A DNA stretch of 63,489 nucleotides, the filler included, from Neolecta irregularis DAH-3 (taxonomy: Eukaryota): NCBI GenBank assembly GCA_001929475.1. It is 10 parts of 10 records of this genome, joined end to end, with 100 filler letters (N's around TTAATTAATTAA, not from the genome) between each part and the next. Parts side by side here need not be neighbours in the genome. Positions count along the whole stretch, not along the records: positions 44,310 to 60,106 come from LXFE01000817.1; positions 60,207 to 63,489 come from LXFE01004436.1; 8 more parts are not named here. One strand, 5' to 3'. The notes under the pieces are model-generated. The model saw nothing but the letters and a program-made list of their open reading frames with translations, searched no databases and was not told the origin of the DNA. Both the position numbers and the translations under genes were made by a program. This document shows positions 49,821-63,050 of this stretch, one piece after another. Position 1 is the stretch's first letter; each line of letters opens with the position of its first letter.

Positions 49821-51156
49821 TTAGTATTGGCCGCGTTGGGGTTGTTGTGCTTGGGCTTTACTTTGGCTTCGGAGTCTGATATTAGTACCACAGAAAGACA
49901 AGAAAATACAATCGATCCGAGCCACCTGGTGTGGTGCGCGTAGGGTCCGCGACCTGATTGTCCGGTTTTCGACGAGGCTGAACACCTAAGGGTCGATGAC
50001 CTTGGTTTACCGCTTGCTGCGGTAAAGTAGACACAGGTAAACCTTGTTCTTCTGGTTCTACTTCTGGTTCTACTTTAGTATCTTTGCCTTGTTGGTTCTA
50101 GAGGTTACTAAATGCCATAGCATGAGGCATACGTATTTGAAGATAGTCCAGTCAAATACATAGTCGTATTGGAATCCCTCTCGCACAAAGAGGTCGCGGA
50201 AAAGCTTTCGAAGGTATGAATAGTCTGGTTTGTCGTCGAAGCGAAGACTCCTTGTGTAGTTGAGATATATGGAGAACTCGTTGGGAAATCCACGGCATAG
50301 ACTTTCGGTTGGGGTGGTCATCTTCTTCTCCATGATTCTGTCGTATTTCTGTTTCTTAGTGGCAGCCTTAAGTCCTTGCCATGGTAAAGAGCCTCGACAA
50401 AAGTACATCATGACGTAACCAAGAGATTCGAGATCGTCTCGCCGAGACTGTTCAACTCCAAGGTGGGTGTTGATACTAGCATACCGAGCTGTACCAGTGA
50501 GGTTTTTATTCTCTCTGTACAAGATGTGAAGGTGGGTCTTTGGGTCCCGATACTTCTTAGCCAGTCCAAAATCAATTACATTGACTTGGTTGCCTCGTTT
50601 GCCAATGCCCATGAGGAAATTGTCTGGCTTAATATCCCGATGAATAAAGCTCTTCGCATGAATGTACTCGATACGCGATATCTTCACAATGTTAAGGATA
50701 GTGGGAGAAGGGGGTTAGTAGCATACAAGTTGATCAGCTAGAAGGAGAACTGTCTTGAGACTGAACTTTCTATTGCAGAAATTGAACAGGTCTTCCAAGC
50801 TTGGACCTAAAAGATCGATAACCAAGGCATTATAGTCGCATTCAGTACCGAACCATCTAACGAAAGGAATACCAACACCTCCAGCGAGCGCCTAAAAATA
50901 TGTTGGAAAGTGAAACACGAATTAGTGTGCCACGTACTCTATAGACGCGAGCTTCATATTCAAGTTGGGGATGCTTTGCTTTGACAGACTCAAGCTTGAT
51001 TGCAATTTCTTCTCCAGAGATAATGTTTGTTCCTGCCAAAGTTCAGAGCGTTGTTGGAGGCTGAGGTAGAATACCAAGATAGATATCACCAAAGGAGCCA
51101 CTTCCGATTTTTCGTCCGATGCGATATTTATTTCCAACTCGTAAATCCATAGTCAT
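49821..51156 (-). CDS. HRR25: Casein kinase I (Hrr25/Hhp1), multi-exon
   Basis: [79 protein letters not shown]. Confidence 0.98.
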
Positions 51157-51577
51157 CTAGAGAAGTCAGCATTTACCTATGCGGATCTGTATAGAAGAAG
51201 GATAGGGAGATACCTTGTGGTGACTGAGCTAACCGTCCGGGTCCTAAAATGGATGATATGAACTCGATTTGGCTGGTCGGAAGGTTTGTCTGATAAGACG
51301 ACTAACCGCTCTATTGATGAGCAGACGAAGGGGAATATATCCTTGCTATACGAGAGGAACGCGGCGATGAATGCCGTGGAGAGGGGTAGGGAAATGGGAG
51401 GGAAGGCTGAGTATGGGAGTTTCGGTGGTGAGTTTCGAATTCGAGCATGCGTCGTTCGAAACTCGAGACCAGTGTCCAATTAAAAACATTCGAGTCATTT
51501 GTGACTCTCTTTCGTGTTCTTTATATAGTGTGTCTGTGCGATTCCCTGAAAACCAGTAGACTCACGCCGTTCTCTGC

Positions 51578-52068
51578 ATGAATACCCAGATAAAGAAAAG
51601 GCAAAAGAGAAAAGGTATTTGACCAAGGTCAATATGGCCTCACCACTGACCTCGTTACAGACGTCTCGGTAGTCAAGAGGCCACCTATCAAACCTATTCG
51701 ACAACATGGTCATTTCTATATCTCACCTTCGACAAATATCCCCCATATTCTCAAGAGAGCATCCGATATTCTGTTAAGCGATAAGTATGGATTTTAATTA
51801 AATCAATTGGCTTATTCTTCTAGAAAAGTTGTGTTCAAGGGAATGGGCAAAGGCTTAGAAAGGACGATGGTTGTGGCATTGATGCTGCAACGATCTATGA
51901 ATGCGCAGTTGAAGATCAACACCGGAACAGCAGAATTGATTGATGATATCATTCCAAATGACCAAGTACAGACTCAATTCACTGTTAATTCTAATGAATG
52001 AGAACGAAGAACTGACTTCCCAGACTCGACTAAATTCGATAATTAAAATAGAAGTTTTTGCTGTTTGA
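51578..52068 (+). CDS. POP7: RNase P/MRP subunit Pop7/Rpp20 (Alba-like), 4 exons
   Basis: Manual splice: VVKRPP, FYISPSTNIPHILKRA, VVFKGMGKGLER, KINTGTAELIDDI, TRLNSIIKIEV. Confidence 0.75.
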
Positions 52069-52350
52069 TTATAAGGATTTCCGAAGGATTTTCCATTGAT
52101 TATTCAGATCTGTATGCGTCTCTTAATGGTGTTCCATCTGATGAGACATACCTTTGACATGCTCATTGTTTTTGGAGAATGTTGATAAATCGGTATTGAT
52201 TTCACCAGTGATTTTACGAATTCCTTCCAAAGATGCTCTGATTGTTTTGAGTGAAGCCAGTTCCTATGGAAATTGGGTTGATGACGGATTATCGGGCATT
52301 ACCTTCTTCAGAGTCTCTTCTCTCTTATCATTGCATCGAGTATGGTCCAT
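52069..52350 (-). CDS. 66-aa coiled-coil protein resembling DASH subunit Duo1, 3 exons
   Basis: Two canonical introns (gtaatg..ccatag; gtatgt..atacag) give MDHTRCNDKREETLKKELASLKTIRASLEGIRKITGEINTDLSTFSKNNEHVKDLNNQWKILRKSL. Confidence 0.55.
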
Positions 52351-52525
52351 GTGTCAAAGTTGGCCATTTTGAGCTGCGCTAATTAAGCCACCACCAACCA
52401 CCCTTGTAACCGTTTCGCCCCTTGACCTCCCAAAATTTGCGCCTCTTATAACAACTACTCTGTTCGACCTATGTTCTTTCTCTGATTATCCGACCAACTA
52501 CATTCACTCTGAAAGCTGTATTTAG

Positions 52526-55500
52526 ATGGCTTTCTTTTCAAAGTTAAAGAAACATCAAGATAGAACCGGTGCTGCTTCAGATTCCATTCCGGTTGATCTT
52601 CGCCAGAACATTGCATATCCTTGGTCAGTCCGAACAATCAAATGCTCTGTTGTCAATAATTCCCCGTTTCCGAGATATGGCCATGCGAGTAATGCAGTCG
52701 CTGGAAAGGATAGTGAAATATATGTATTTGGAGGGCTGGTAAAAGATCGAATGACGAACGACCTATGGTTGGTCGACTCGAGTATGTTCAATTACAACCA
52801 TGGTTAGCCAAGACTGATGAAGTTTTAGGTACGATGACAGTCTATCTTGTTCAAACCTCCGGTGAAGCACCAGCCCCGAGAGTGGGACATGCGGGGGTCG
52901 TTGTTGGCAACGCTTTTATCGGTACATTCAATGGCTCTCGTGAGTGAAATTCTTTACTTATCTTTGTTAGTTTTTGGGGGCGATAACAAAATTAGCGATT
53001 CAGATGAACTGGATCAGACACTCTATCTTTTAAACACAAGTAATTTCACAGTCTAGGACATTTATTGACAAACTGTAGATTCGAGACAATGGGCAAAAGC
53101 ACAGGTTACTGGTCCAAAACCTACAGGACGCTATGGCCATACACTCAACCTTTTCGGCTCTCGTGTCGTTGTTTTTGGAGGACAAGTTGACGGATATTTC
53201 TTCAATGACCTCGTTACGTTTGACTTGAACACCCGTATGCTCATTCTTTTACCCTCTCGGCTGAATCATGATACAGTCTCACAAAGGGATTGTCGCTGGG
53301 ATATGGTCACGTCTGTTAATGAAGCTCCGCCTGCTAGGACCAATCACATCGCGGTCACATATGGAGATCAGTTGATTGTGTATGAAGATCTTATACCACT
53401 GAACTACCCACTGACACTCCATAAAGTTTCGGAGGAACGAACGGTGATCGATATTTTAATGACACATGGTTGTTCGATGCGAGAACACGGGCCTGGAGTC
53501 AATTGGATTGTTTGGGATATGTCCCTTCAGCTCGAGAAGGCCATTCGGCTTGTATGGTCGGAGATGTCATCTACATCTTCGGTGGTCGCGGACCAGATCG
53601 TCGGGAATTGGGTGATCTGTGTGCTTTAAGGATCACGAGTTTGTCTTCATATCTTCTTAAGAATAACGAAACAGATCGAAGATGGTATACCTTCCAAAAC
53701 ATGGGGCCTAGTCCAAGTGGACGGTCTGGGCATTCACTTACTACCGTACGCGAAAATGTAATTGTTCTTGGTGGAGAAGGAGCTACATCAAGACCCGAAG
53801 AAAATAATTGTGCATTCATTCTAGATACCAGTAAGTCCATAAAGCCGGTCTGCATTCACTGATGTCCAATAGCCAAGATTCGATATCCTGTTGACAATTC
53901 CACTCAACAAACTCAGCAGCCGCCGGGCGGCTCAATACAACCGCGCTCGACTTCGATGAGAGGTCCCAGTTCATCACCTTCATCGTCACATCGCGAATCG
54001 CCTCCCCAAAGCCACCTTTCAGACTCCTCTCCCCCATCGAGGTTACCACAAAAATTTGGCAATGGAACTCCGCCTTCTCGCAGAGAGGGCGATTCAGCCC
54101 CTAGTCCAACAGAATATCGCAGCGGTTCTGCTGCCTCGTCATTACAAGGCATTCAACAACACCAGGGCGGGTTACTGAATGCTCAACAAGGACCCGTCTC
54201 TGGACATTATGGCAATGTTTCAAGATCCGCAAGTAGCCAACACAGATCGCCGAGGCCTATGGTTGAATCAAACACTCGCCCACGCACTGCTTCAGCAGGC
54301 TCATCTAGCAGCTCGACAAACCAAACTATCACTCAAATACCTTTAGCTTCTGCTTCGCGGATGCAGAGTCCGCCTCCTGACCGTCGTACACCAAATGGTC
54401 AGACTCCTCCTCAGTTAATTCAACGCGCCTTCAGCCCTATTCGTGAGGAAGACAATGGGATAATGAATTCTAACGAAATCAATTCTCATCTGGGCAAAAT
54501 GACTACTCTTCCTGATCTAACGATTGCCTTATCGAGTCAGAACTCAAAACCCCCTGAAGATCTTCGTCGTTCGAATAGATGGTTTCAGGCAGAGCTTGAT
54601 CTTGCGCGAAAACAAGGATATATGTTACAAAATAATGACTTGAAAGATTTGATATCAGAAGCAACCCCTGTGTCCGAGGACATGCAAAAGATGTACGAAA
54701 CGCTGTTTGCTATGCGCGCAGAAGTAATCAAAGTGAAAGAGCAAATTGCAGAACAATCGACTTTGGCGAGTTTGCAAATTGAGGAGTTCAAACGTCAACG
54801 AGATGTAGCATTGCAGGAGGCAGCATATGCTAAAGCTCGACTGTCTGCTAGTCCTCAAGCCGATAAAATCGAAGGCGATCGTTCTGCAGAATTCCAAAAG
54901 AAATTGGCCGCTAGTGCTCAGAGTCAGCAAGCCCTTGAGCATCAACTTGCGAATCTCAAAGAACAGATCGAAGTTGAAAAAAAACATCGATTGACCGCTG
55001 AAAGTCAGCTGGAAAGCACAAATGAGCGATTTCTTCGCGCAGATGAAATTCGCGAACGCGTTGTTTCCGAATCCCAGGTTGCCCAAGTTCGAACATCGGA
55101 TCTTGAACATGAGCTTCTCCAGTTGAAAGAGTATAAAATAACTATTGAAGGAAAGCTAGAAGCTCTGAAAATTGAATATTCAGAAATTAAAGGAAGCCTT
55201 GATCGATACGAAGAGCAAATGGATGAAAATACCACAGCCATTCAGGGCGCCAAAGCAGCCGTAATTGCATTAACTGCTCGATCGGAGGAAACCGAGTTGT
55301 CTTTGACAAAAGTAACTGCTGAGAAAGAGGAAGTCGAAAATAATCTTGCCGTTCTTCAAGCTCATCTCACCGATCAACAACGCGATTCAACAAAGTCATT
55401 GCAACGCATAACTGATCTCGAGGCACAGCTTAAGAGATCTCGAGCAGAAGCTGAGACCGCACGGGCGGCAATGCTTTCCGGAATGGACAAATATATCGAC

Positions 55501-56853
55501 CATCGGCAAAACAGTCGATCTACTAGCGTCAATACTGAAGGCCGTTTGTCCGCATTGCAAGAACAGCTAGATGCAGTGAAACAGCTTCAAACCTCGACAT
55601 GTAGAGAGCTTGAGCAAGCGAAAAATGAGTTAACAAGTTCTCTTGCGCGGGTTGCTCAATTAGAAGATTTGCAGGGAAAATCTGGACGGGAAACGGTACT
55701 TGTTCAAAAGAAACTAAGCGAGACCTTAGCCCAACTATCTGTTGCAAGAGAACACAATATTTCACTAAAAACAAAGAATGCAGAGCTCCAGCGCGACCTA
55801 GAGGCTGCCCAAATCAAGCAAAACGCTCTTCGCCAAGTGATGGCAGAGCGCCAACGTTCGAAATCTTCGAGTCCTTCTGCTGCAAGATCTGAAACACCTA
55901 CAAAAGTCGTTGATGATGGGATTGCGACACTCACTGGCGATTCAAACGATCTGGCCATTGCTCAACGTCGAGTTGCCGAAGCAGAAAAAAAGCTAGCAGA
56001 AAGTACCGATAATTTCAATGAGCGATTGAAGCAGTTAGAACAAGATTACGAGTCCGCCGTACACTACGTAAAGGGTACAGAGAAGATGTTACGCCGGATG
56101 AAAGAAGAACATCAAAAGCTTAAGAGCAAAAATACCGATCTAATGAAAGAGCTTGAAGATACCACAATCCGAGGAGAGAATCTACAGAAGCAGCACGAAA
56201 AATTTGAGGTGCAAGTGGGGGATTTGGAGGATCAAATTGAACACCTAGAACAAGAGCGGACGGCTTTACGCTCCCAGCTAGTCGAACTACAAAAATCGAT
56301 TATAAGAACCAATGAGGAGTATTCTGCGAAGATTAGAACTCTTGAAATCCAGTTGGAAAAGAGTAAAACCACGAATGGTACTTCGAAATCTACACTAGAA
56401 ACCCAACTTCAAGAGAGCAGGACTCAGCAAAAACGTCTTGAAATCGAGAATGCTGCACTAGAAAAAAAAGTCTTAGAGGCTGAGCAAAAGGTCTCACTGC
56501 TGCTCGATCAAATGGAATCATCAGTGGATGCCTATCGCCAAAGTTTTGTTGGAGGCAGTTCCTTGGCCATTCCAGCTGAAGATTTTCCCAATCCTCCCAA
56601 TTCTGCTAATCGAACATCTCGGGCTTTGGATTCACTAGCATCTGAACTGGACGCACTAAGAAGTCATTGGGAAAACACGCATAAAAATCGCATCAGCAAT
56701 GCTAGTAGTACCATGAGAATGGTCGAATACGAGGACTACGATGACGATTTTGAAAGTAAAAACAGGTTTTCTGATTCGCTTGCTGAATGGAGGCAAGGGT
56801 TGAATTTCAGTGGGAAATGTTCTCCTGTGATTGTTCAAGGTGAACGGAAGTAG
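52526..56853 (+). CDS. tea1: Kelch-repeat cell-polarity protein Tea1/Kel1 with long C-terminal coiled coil
   Basis: PFPRYGHA, PRVGHA...GNAFIVFGGD, GRYGHTL, PPARTNH, WYTFQNMGPSPSGRSGH, NRWFQAELDLARKQGY, YESAVHYVKGTEKMLRRMK, ALDSLASELDALRSHWE. Confidence 0.93.
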
Positions 56854-57485
56854 TCTTGGCGGTTGATTTACAGTGATTTAAGGTTGCGAGTTGGAATGTT
56901 TTCCTGTAATGTTTTCTGTTTGGTTACTTGGTACCTCTTCCACGATCTATTCGAAATATTTTTCACTTCATTTTTAGTTTCTTTTCATTTTCACTGCTGG
57001 TGCACCATGGAATAGGTAGAGAGGCGTCTGTATATGTCGAATCTTAATTCGATTTGATTTCTGTTATTGATTCTCGATTTAACTGCTTTGACGGCTTCTA
57101 TTTCAGGTCGATAGAGGATGAATACTTGTTTTCGGGCTTAACATTTTTCCATACTTCAGGTTGACGATTCAGTTGTAGGCGTGGCGCTGGTCCACCTCAG
57201 GTCCTCTGCGACGTGGCGTCGTTGACTAGGGGAGAATGGCGGCTCATAGAAAAACGACTTCAATTGGCTGGAAGACTCATTTTGATATAATTCATGCTTG
57301 AGACATCGTTCTCCATCCTGGCCGTCTCTTGAATCTGATTTATTTAGCTTCGGCTAACTTATCTTGTTGTAGATTCTCTTTACCATCCTGTTTTTTCCTG
57401 TGCAAGCAATTGAGTATTTAAACCACATGCTCCACTCCCAAAAATATCAAGGAATCCCGCTTACCACCATTTACATCTGTACAAC

Positions 57486-59491
57486 ATGGCATCTGGAGAG
57501 CTCGGGGAAGCATATATCACACTAGTCTTGACGGACTCATATCTCGTCGGTATGTCTGAATTTCTATTAATGTATGTTACCGACATTACGCAGGGGCACT
57601 TGTTTTGGCACATTCGCTCAGAGAAGTGGGATCAACGAAAAATTTGGCCGTCATGATTATTCCTGGGCTTCAACAGTCAACGCAGGACGCTCTTCGAGTA
57701 CATTTGCGCAATGTACCACGCTGATTTTACTAGGAAGCTTTTGATTACGTTATATCTGTGGAGCCCATCTTCATTACTAGAGAAGATAATTTACAATTGC
57801 TTGGACGGCCAGACCTTAGACCTGCTTTCACAAAACTTCGTGTTTGGCAACAGACCCAGTTCTCCAAGATTGTCTATATTGATGCAGATGTCGTTGCTCT
57901 ACGTAATCCAGATGATCTCTTCGATCTTGACTGCGATTTTGCAGTACTGGTCATTGCAGGAACTCTTTCTAACAATTAGGCAGCTCCAGATTCTGGTTGG
58001 CCAGATTCTTTCAACAGTGTATATTATTTCCTGGCAATGATTTCATGATTTAGGGTGTATTCCTCACCAAACCAAGCGAAACTACATTCCACATTCTAAA
58101 TGCCTTGGCAGAAGCTGGTGTTTCGTTTGACGGTACTCGGGCTCTCTTAAACACTGTGATACTGAGTTAAAGGTGCCGATCAAGGTTTATTGAACCAGCA
58201 TTTTACTAACTGGACACGAATTTCATTTGCTTATAACGTCACTCCTTCTGGCCACTATCAGTATCTTCCAGCATACAGACATTTTGCAGCAAATGTTAGA
58301 TTGGTTCATTTTATTGGCCTCCCCAAGCCTTGGAACACACCCCGATCAATACAGACCAACAGTGCCTATAACGAGCTTGCCTCTCGATGGTTCGCAATCT
58401 GGGAGAAGAATGTTCAACAAATATGTCCAAACCCGTCATATCCCGGAGTTTCAAAGCCCGTCAATTCAATGAACTATCCATCTGCTTATCATGACATGAC
58501 TGCGGCTTCTACAATGGGTAATCAACAAACTCGTGGATCGTATCCCTCCACATTTTTTAACGCAGTTTGGGATGCTCAAAAATCTTCGCCTCAAAGTACT
58601 ATTCCCGAAGGCCCGGCCCTTGAAGGAGCACGACTGTCCAATAAATGGGACGAACCATATGATCGCAAAGAAGCCACTTTTATACCTCCTCCAGTTCACT
58701 TGCCTCCACAGAACGTGCGATACACATTTCCAAAATTCAGTGAACCGATTCCAAGAACTATTTTTCCTTGGGAAACGAATCAAAGACCAGCTACTCGTAT
58801 CTTCCCTGGTGATGAGGAGCACGAATCTTCGGAATTTATCATAGCAGAAGCCGAAGCAGTGCAACGGGAACGAGAGCTCGGATATATTACATCTTCCGAA
58901 CGATTAGGATCTTATGGAGTGCACAACTCGTAATAATTCCCTGAGTTTCATGTGTTGAAATATAGGTGGGATAATCATGCTTCCATCAAATCATATTCTG
59001 ATAGTATCGCAGAGAGGATTGATGCTGCTGAACCTCTGGTCCTCAATGAACACACCGAAATCATTGAAAGAGTCATACCTACCCTTCAAACTCCAGACTT
59101 TCCTTCTGCCGAGGGAATTCCTTCTCCAGCAGAATGGGTACATGATCCTGTTTCCTTCTATTGACGAATGAAGGATCCTGAGACACAGCTGGACGAATTG
59201 GTTAAGAATCGAAATCTATATCTCGGAGATTCTGACCGCCGGGAAGACTTTATGGGAGGTAAATCTCGCCTGTCCTTGTCTCTTCGTATGCCTGATGAGC
59301 GTGAGCTGGTTCCACAAGGATTGGTCAGCCCAACAATTAGTTATTCTGAAACCGCAACTGAAGATAGATCACCCCTCACCTGGACCACCGAGACAGGCTT
59401 CAATCCTACTCCTCGACCATTCGAGAAGGAAATTACTGGCGAATCCTTTTTGGTACTAACTGATGAAAAGATGAGTCGACATATTGCCTAA
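57486..59491 (+). CDS. Glycogenin (GT8), multi-exon
   Basis: AYITL..TDSYLVGALVLAHSLR, LLGRPDL..FTKLRVWQQTQFSKIVYIDAD, APD.GWPDSFNSG, SFDGADQGLLN, YNVTPSGHYQYLPAY, HFIG..KPW. Confidence 0.95.
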
Positions 59492-59754
59492 AATACGTGT
59501 CTATGCATTTATGTCCGAGTTTCTCGTTTATCTTTGTCATTACTTGTCGCGCGTTGACGGAGTCCATTAACATAGATTCATATTAAATATTCAAGATATA
59601 CTTTTTGTTTCCTTATGGCTGTGATATTCTTTTTACCTTTGATTTACAGACTGCTGAAATTAGTGAGTTGTCAAGCTGTTGTCTCTAAAAATTGTATTTG
59701 GCTATAGTACTCAATAACGGTCATAGCAAGATTAATGGCAGAAGTAAACAGACT

Positions 59755-59995
59755 TCGTCCATGGGCTAAGTCCATGGTCCATCCGCAACACTTGCCTAGG
59801 ACGCTCCCATTGTCCGCCTGTCTCAGCCGCCTGACTTGCTTTTTATCATATTCCTGGCTTGGCCTGTCCACAACAGTGGGTTTGAGAACTATTTTCAAAA
59901 CGGGGTAAATCCTTACTAGTTAATATCACGTGATACGGTCCACCTGGCTGGGCCCGATGGACCTGGCTTTTTCCCTAGTCCAGTCCATGAGCAGG
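59755..59995. mobile_element. Degenerate fragments of the same TIR element family
   Basis: gtccatccgcaacact (59777-59792) and ggcctgtccacaacagtg (59861-59878) resemble the terminus ggcccatccacaacactg; gggccc..ggcttttt..ccagtccatg (59950-59990) resembles the subterminal region. Confidence 0.5.
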
Positions 59996-60493
59996 ATTAA
60001 GTCCTTGGTCCACTTGCAATACTGGCAACACCCCCATCCGGTCATTGGTGGCTTGTGGTCTTTGGCAATGTTACTCGTCTCCCGACATCAGCGCATCGGA
60101 CCAGGGNNNNNNNNNNNNNNNNNNNNNNNNNNNNNNNNNNNNNNNNNNNNTTAATTAATTAANNNNNNNNNNNNNNNNNNNNNNNNNNNNNNNNNNNNNN
60201 NNNNNNCCCTACCCGCCACTTTGAGGATGTCCTTCGTTCGTTTGCCGGTGGCGGTGGTTAGTGGCTGTGGGGGTTCCGGGAATCCCCAGTGTCGGAACCT
60301 GGGGGGTGTCGGTTCGTACGCCGCCGAGCTTATTGGCAAGACTGTCCTGCTTATATATAGAATGGCAATATGTATCATATAGAATGCAATAGATATCTAC
60401 TATAGAATGCCACGGATAAACAAGAAGAGGTAGAAACGACTATCGGACAAAAATGGAAGAAAATGAAAATAAATTATGTATTCCGGGGAGCAA

Positions 60494-62334
60494 ATGTTGA
60501 TGCCACCCGCAGCCGTCCATCGTCTCCGCATGCTTTGCCGCCTCTGCTTTTCCAATCGACGCATGGCTTCTTCACATTCCGCTCCAAAGGCATGTGTTTG
60601 CTTTCATCGTGCTCATCTGTTCAGCTCGCTAATCCTGAATTGTACCGCCAAAAAGCCTACGTCAATAGCGAATGGATATCTGCCAGCTCCACTTTTTCAA
60701 TCTGCGATCCCGTTAACAACAAGGAGATTGGCACTTGTCCAGATATGACACGTGAACAGGTCTCGACAGCAATTGATCACGCCTATACTGCCTTTTCTAC
60801 TTTCAGAAAGACATCGCACCGTGAGCGCGCTACATTTCTAAAGAAATTGTACGATCTCTGCATCAAGAACAAGGACGATCTGGCAAAAATCATTACCTGG
60901 GAGAATGGAAAACCTCTTGCCGAGGCGAAAGGTGAAGTCGACTATGGCGCAAGTTTTATTCAATGGTTCTCGGAGGAAGCTGTCCGCACGTATGGCAAGG
61001 TTATTCCTTCTAGTACCGCCAGCAATCGCATCATGAGCATCCAACAACCAATCGGAGTGGTAATATCTCGGTTCGGCGACTTCATTTGACCTATAGTGCG
61101 GCATCGTTGTATTGTATCTGAGTTGATCTGCAACTGAATTAATAGACTCCATTCAACTTTCCAATTGCGATGGCCACCAGAAAATTCGCCGCTGTAGGTC
61201 ATTGCAAATAGATTGATAATCTCATTTAATAGGCTATTGCTGCTGGATGTACCGTGGTTTGGCGACCCGGTAACGATGTGCCCTTTACTGCACTCGCCGT
61301 AGCTCAATTGGCTCACGAAGCCGGAATTCCAAAAGGTGTGTTTAACGTCATCACTACCCACGAAAATACAAAACTTGTCGGTGAAGAACTCTGTACGAAT
61401 CCCAAGATCAAAAAGATTTCCTTTACCGGATCGGTATCTGAGATTTAGCACACCGCTTATTATAGACCAACGTAGGCAAATTGTTCATGAAACAATGTTC
61501 TTCGACGATGAAAAAGGTTTCCTTCGAGCTCGGAGGAAACGCACCCTTCATAGTCTTTGATGATGCAGATCTAGATAAAGCAATTAACGGAGCAATTGTC
61601 TCCAAATTTCGTGGGTCCGGTCAAACTTGGTACTAATCTGACTCGAGATCCATCTAATAACTAGCATCTGCGCCAATAGAATTTATGTCCAAGAAGGCAT
61701 CTATAGTGAATTTGTAAAAAAGTTCTCGGCAAAAGTTGCTGCATTTCAACCGGGCTCGGGGTTTGCTCAAGATACAACCCACGGTTTGTTCTAGCAATAA
61801 ATAATCCTGATTTCCAGGCCCCTTGATACATTCTCGAGCTCTCGAAAAAATACAAGAACTCATGAAAGACGCCATGTCGAAAGGTGCAAAAATTGAACAG
61901 GGCGGAAAAGAACTACCTGATCTCGGACCAAACTTTTACGCACCCACAGTTTTATCAAATGTCACTAAAGACATGAAATTCGCTAGGGAAGAAATCTTCG
62001 GACCGCTTGCCCCTATATTTCGGTTTAAAACCGAGAAAGAGGTCATCGAATTGGCAAACGACACAGATGTGGGTCTCGCAGGGTACTTTTATTCACAGGA
62101 CATAAGCAGAGTCTGGAGGGTAGCTGAAGCTCTCGAAGGTATGATGACTGTTTCCATGGTGCCCGCTGATGGGTTGTTTCAGTTGGCATGGTAGGTGTCA
62201 ATACTGGTGCTATATCCGATGCGGCGATGCCGTTTGGCGGCGTCAAGGAGAGTGGATTAGGACGAGAAGGCGGATACTGTGGCTTGGACGAGTACTTGCA
62301 GATCAAAGCAATTACAATGGGTGGTCTTGCCTAA
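60494..62334 (+). CDS. UGA2: Succinate-semialdehyde dehydrogenase (ALDH family), many exons, presequence-like N-terminus
   Basis: [88 protein letters not shown]. Confidence 0.95.
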
Positions 62335-62439
62335 TTATTGAATAAAATTGCATTTTCTTGCAATAAATGCACTTTAACCTTTTGTCAGTTGCAGTTTTCT
62401 ATGAGATCTCAAACGCCATAGTGGCGGGTCAGGGTTAGG

Positions 62440-63050
62440 AGGCCGGGCGGTAACAACCCTAACCTCTTTGAGCTTTCTTTTCGTTGAGCACCCAATTCAG
62501 TCGTTGCCGCTCTTGATTCTCTTTCTGGTAAAATGCAACGGTTTTTCCACCAGCCCCAAAAGCTGGGAGCTCTCCAAGAAAAGGATTGACCACACAAAAT
62601 CTGGAAGGCGGCAAAGGCCAAATCGACAAAAATTTGATCAATCCATAATGCTGCTGGATGGTTGAAGGCAAACGATTTGTGCTTAGTAACCAGTAATCAA
62701 CCCTATAACAATTAGAATCTCGTAACTCAAAGCATTGTACCCGGATAACGCCTGGAAGTTCGCAGAACGCTTGGAAACAGTTGAAAAGTAGCGTGATAAA
62801 AATAACTCCACCATGGGTAAATATGCTGGAAGAGATTTGCAGCAGATTCACAAATAAAGTGGCGATAATAATTGCCATGATGAAAGAGGTGAGAAAGCTA
62901 GTAATGAGATGGAATCGATCCTGAAGCTTGAGAGAGACAATCGAGTCTTGCCATCAAAACCTTTCAAGGACTCAAGCTCACGCAAAACTGAGAGTCTGTT
63001 CGACAGTTAAAGTCGGGTAGTAGATGTCATCTGCAAAATCAACGGAAGAC
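62440..63050 (-). pseudogene. Collapsed remnant of a PDR/ABCG transporter gene
   Basis: DDIYYPTLTVEQTLSFA (NBD1), AIIIATLF..IFTHGGVIFITLLFNCFQAFCELP (TMD1) and FGAGGKTVAFYQKEN.ER.RLN (pre-NBD2) lie within ~600 bp, far less than in an intact gene, with stops between them. Confidence 0.75.

Noticed and set aside
57060-57260. Moderately GC-rich patch between tea1 and glycogenin, considered as an ncRNA or a 30-aa minus-strand ORF
   Set aside because: No snRNA, snoRNA, SRP or RNase P motifs recognised; ORF too short to support
62430-62466. GGTTAGG / CCTAACC telomere-like inverted pair at the end of the ABC relic
   Set aside because: Single 7-bp units, too short to support telomere healing or a hairpin function
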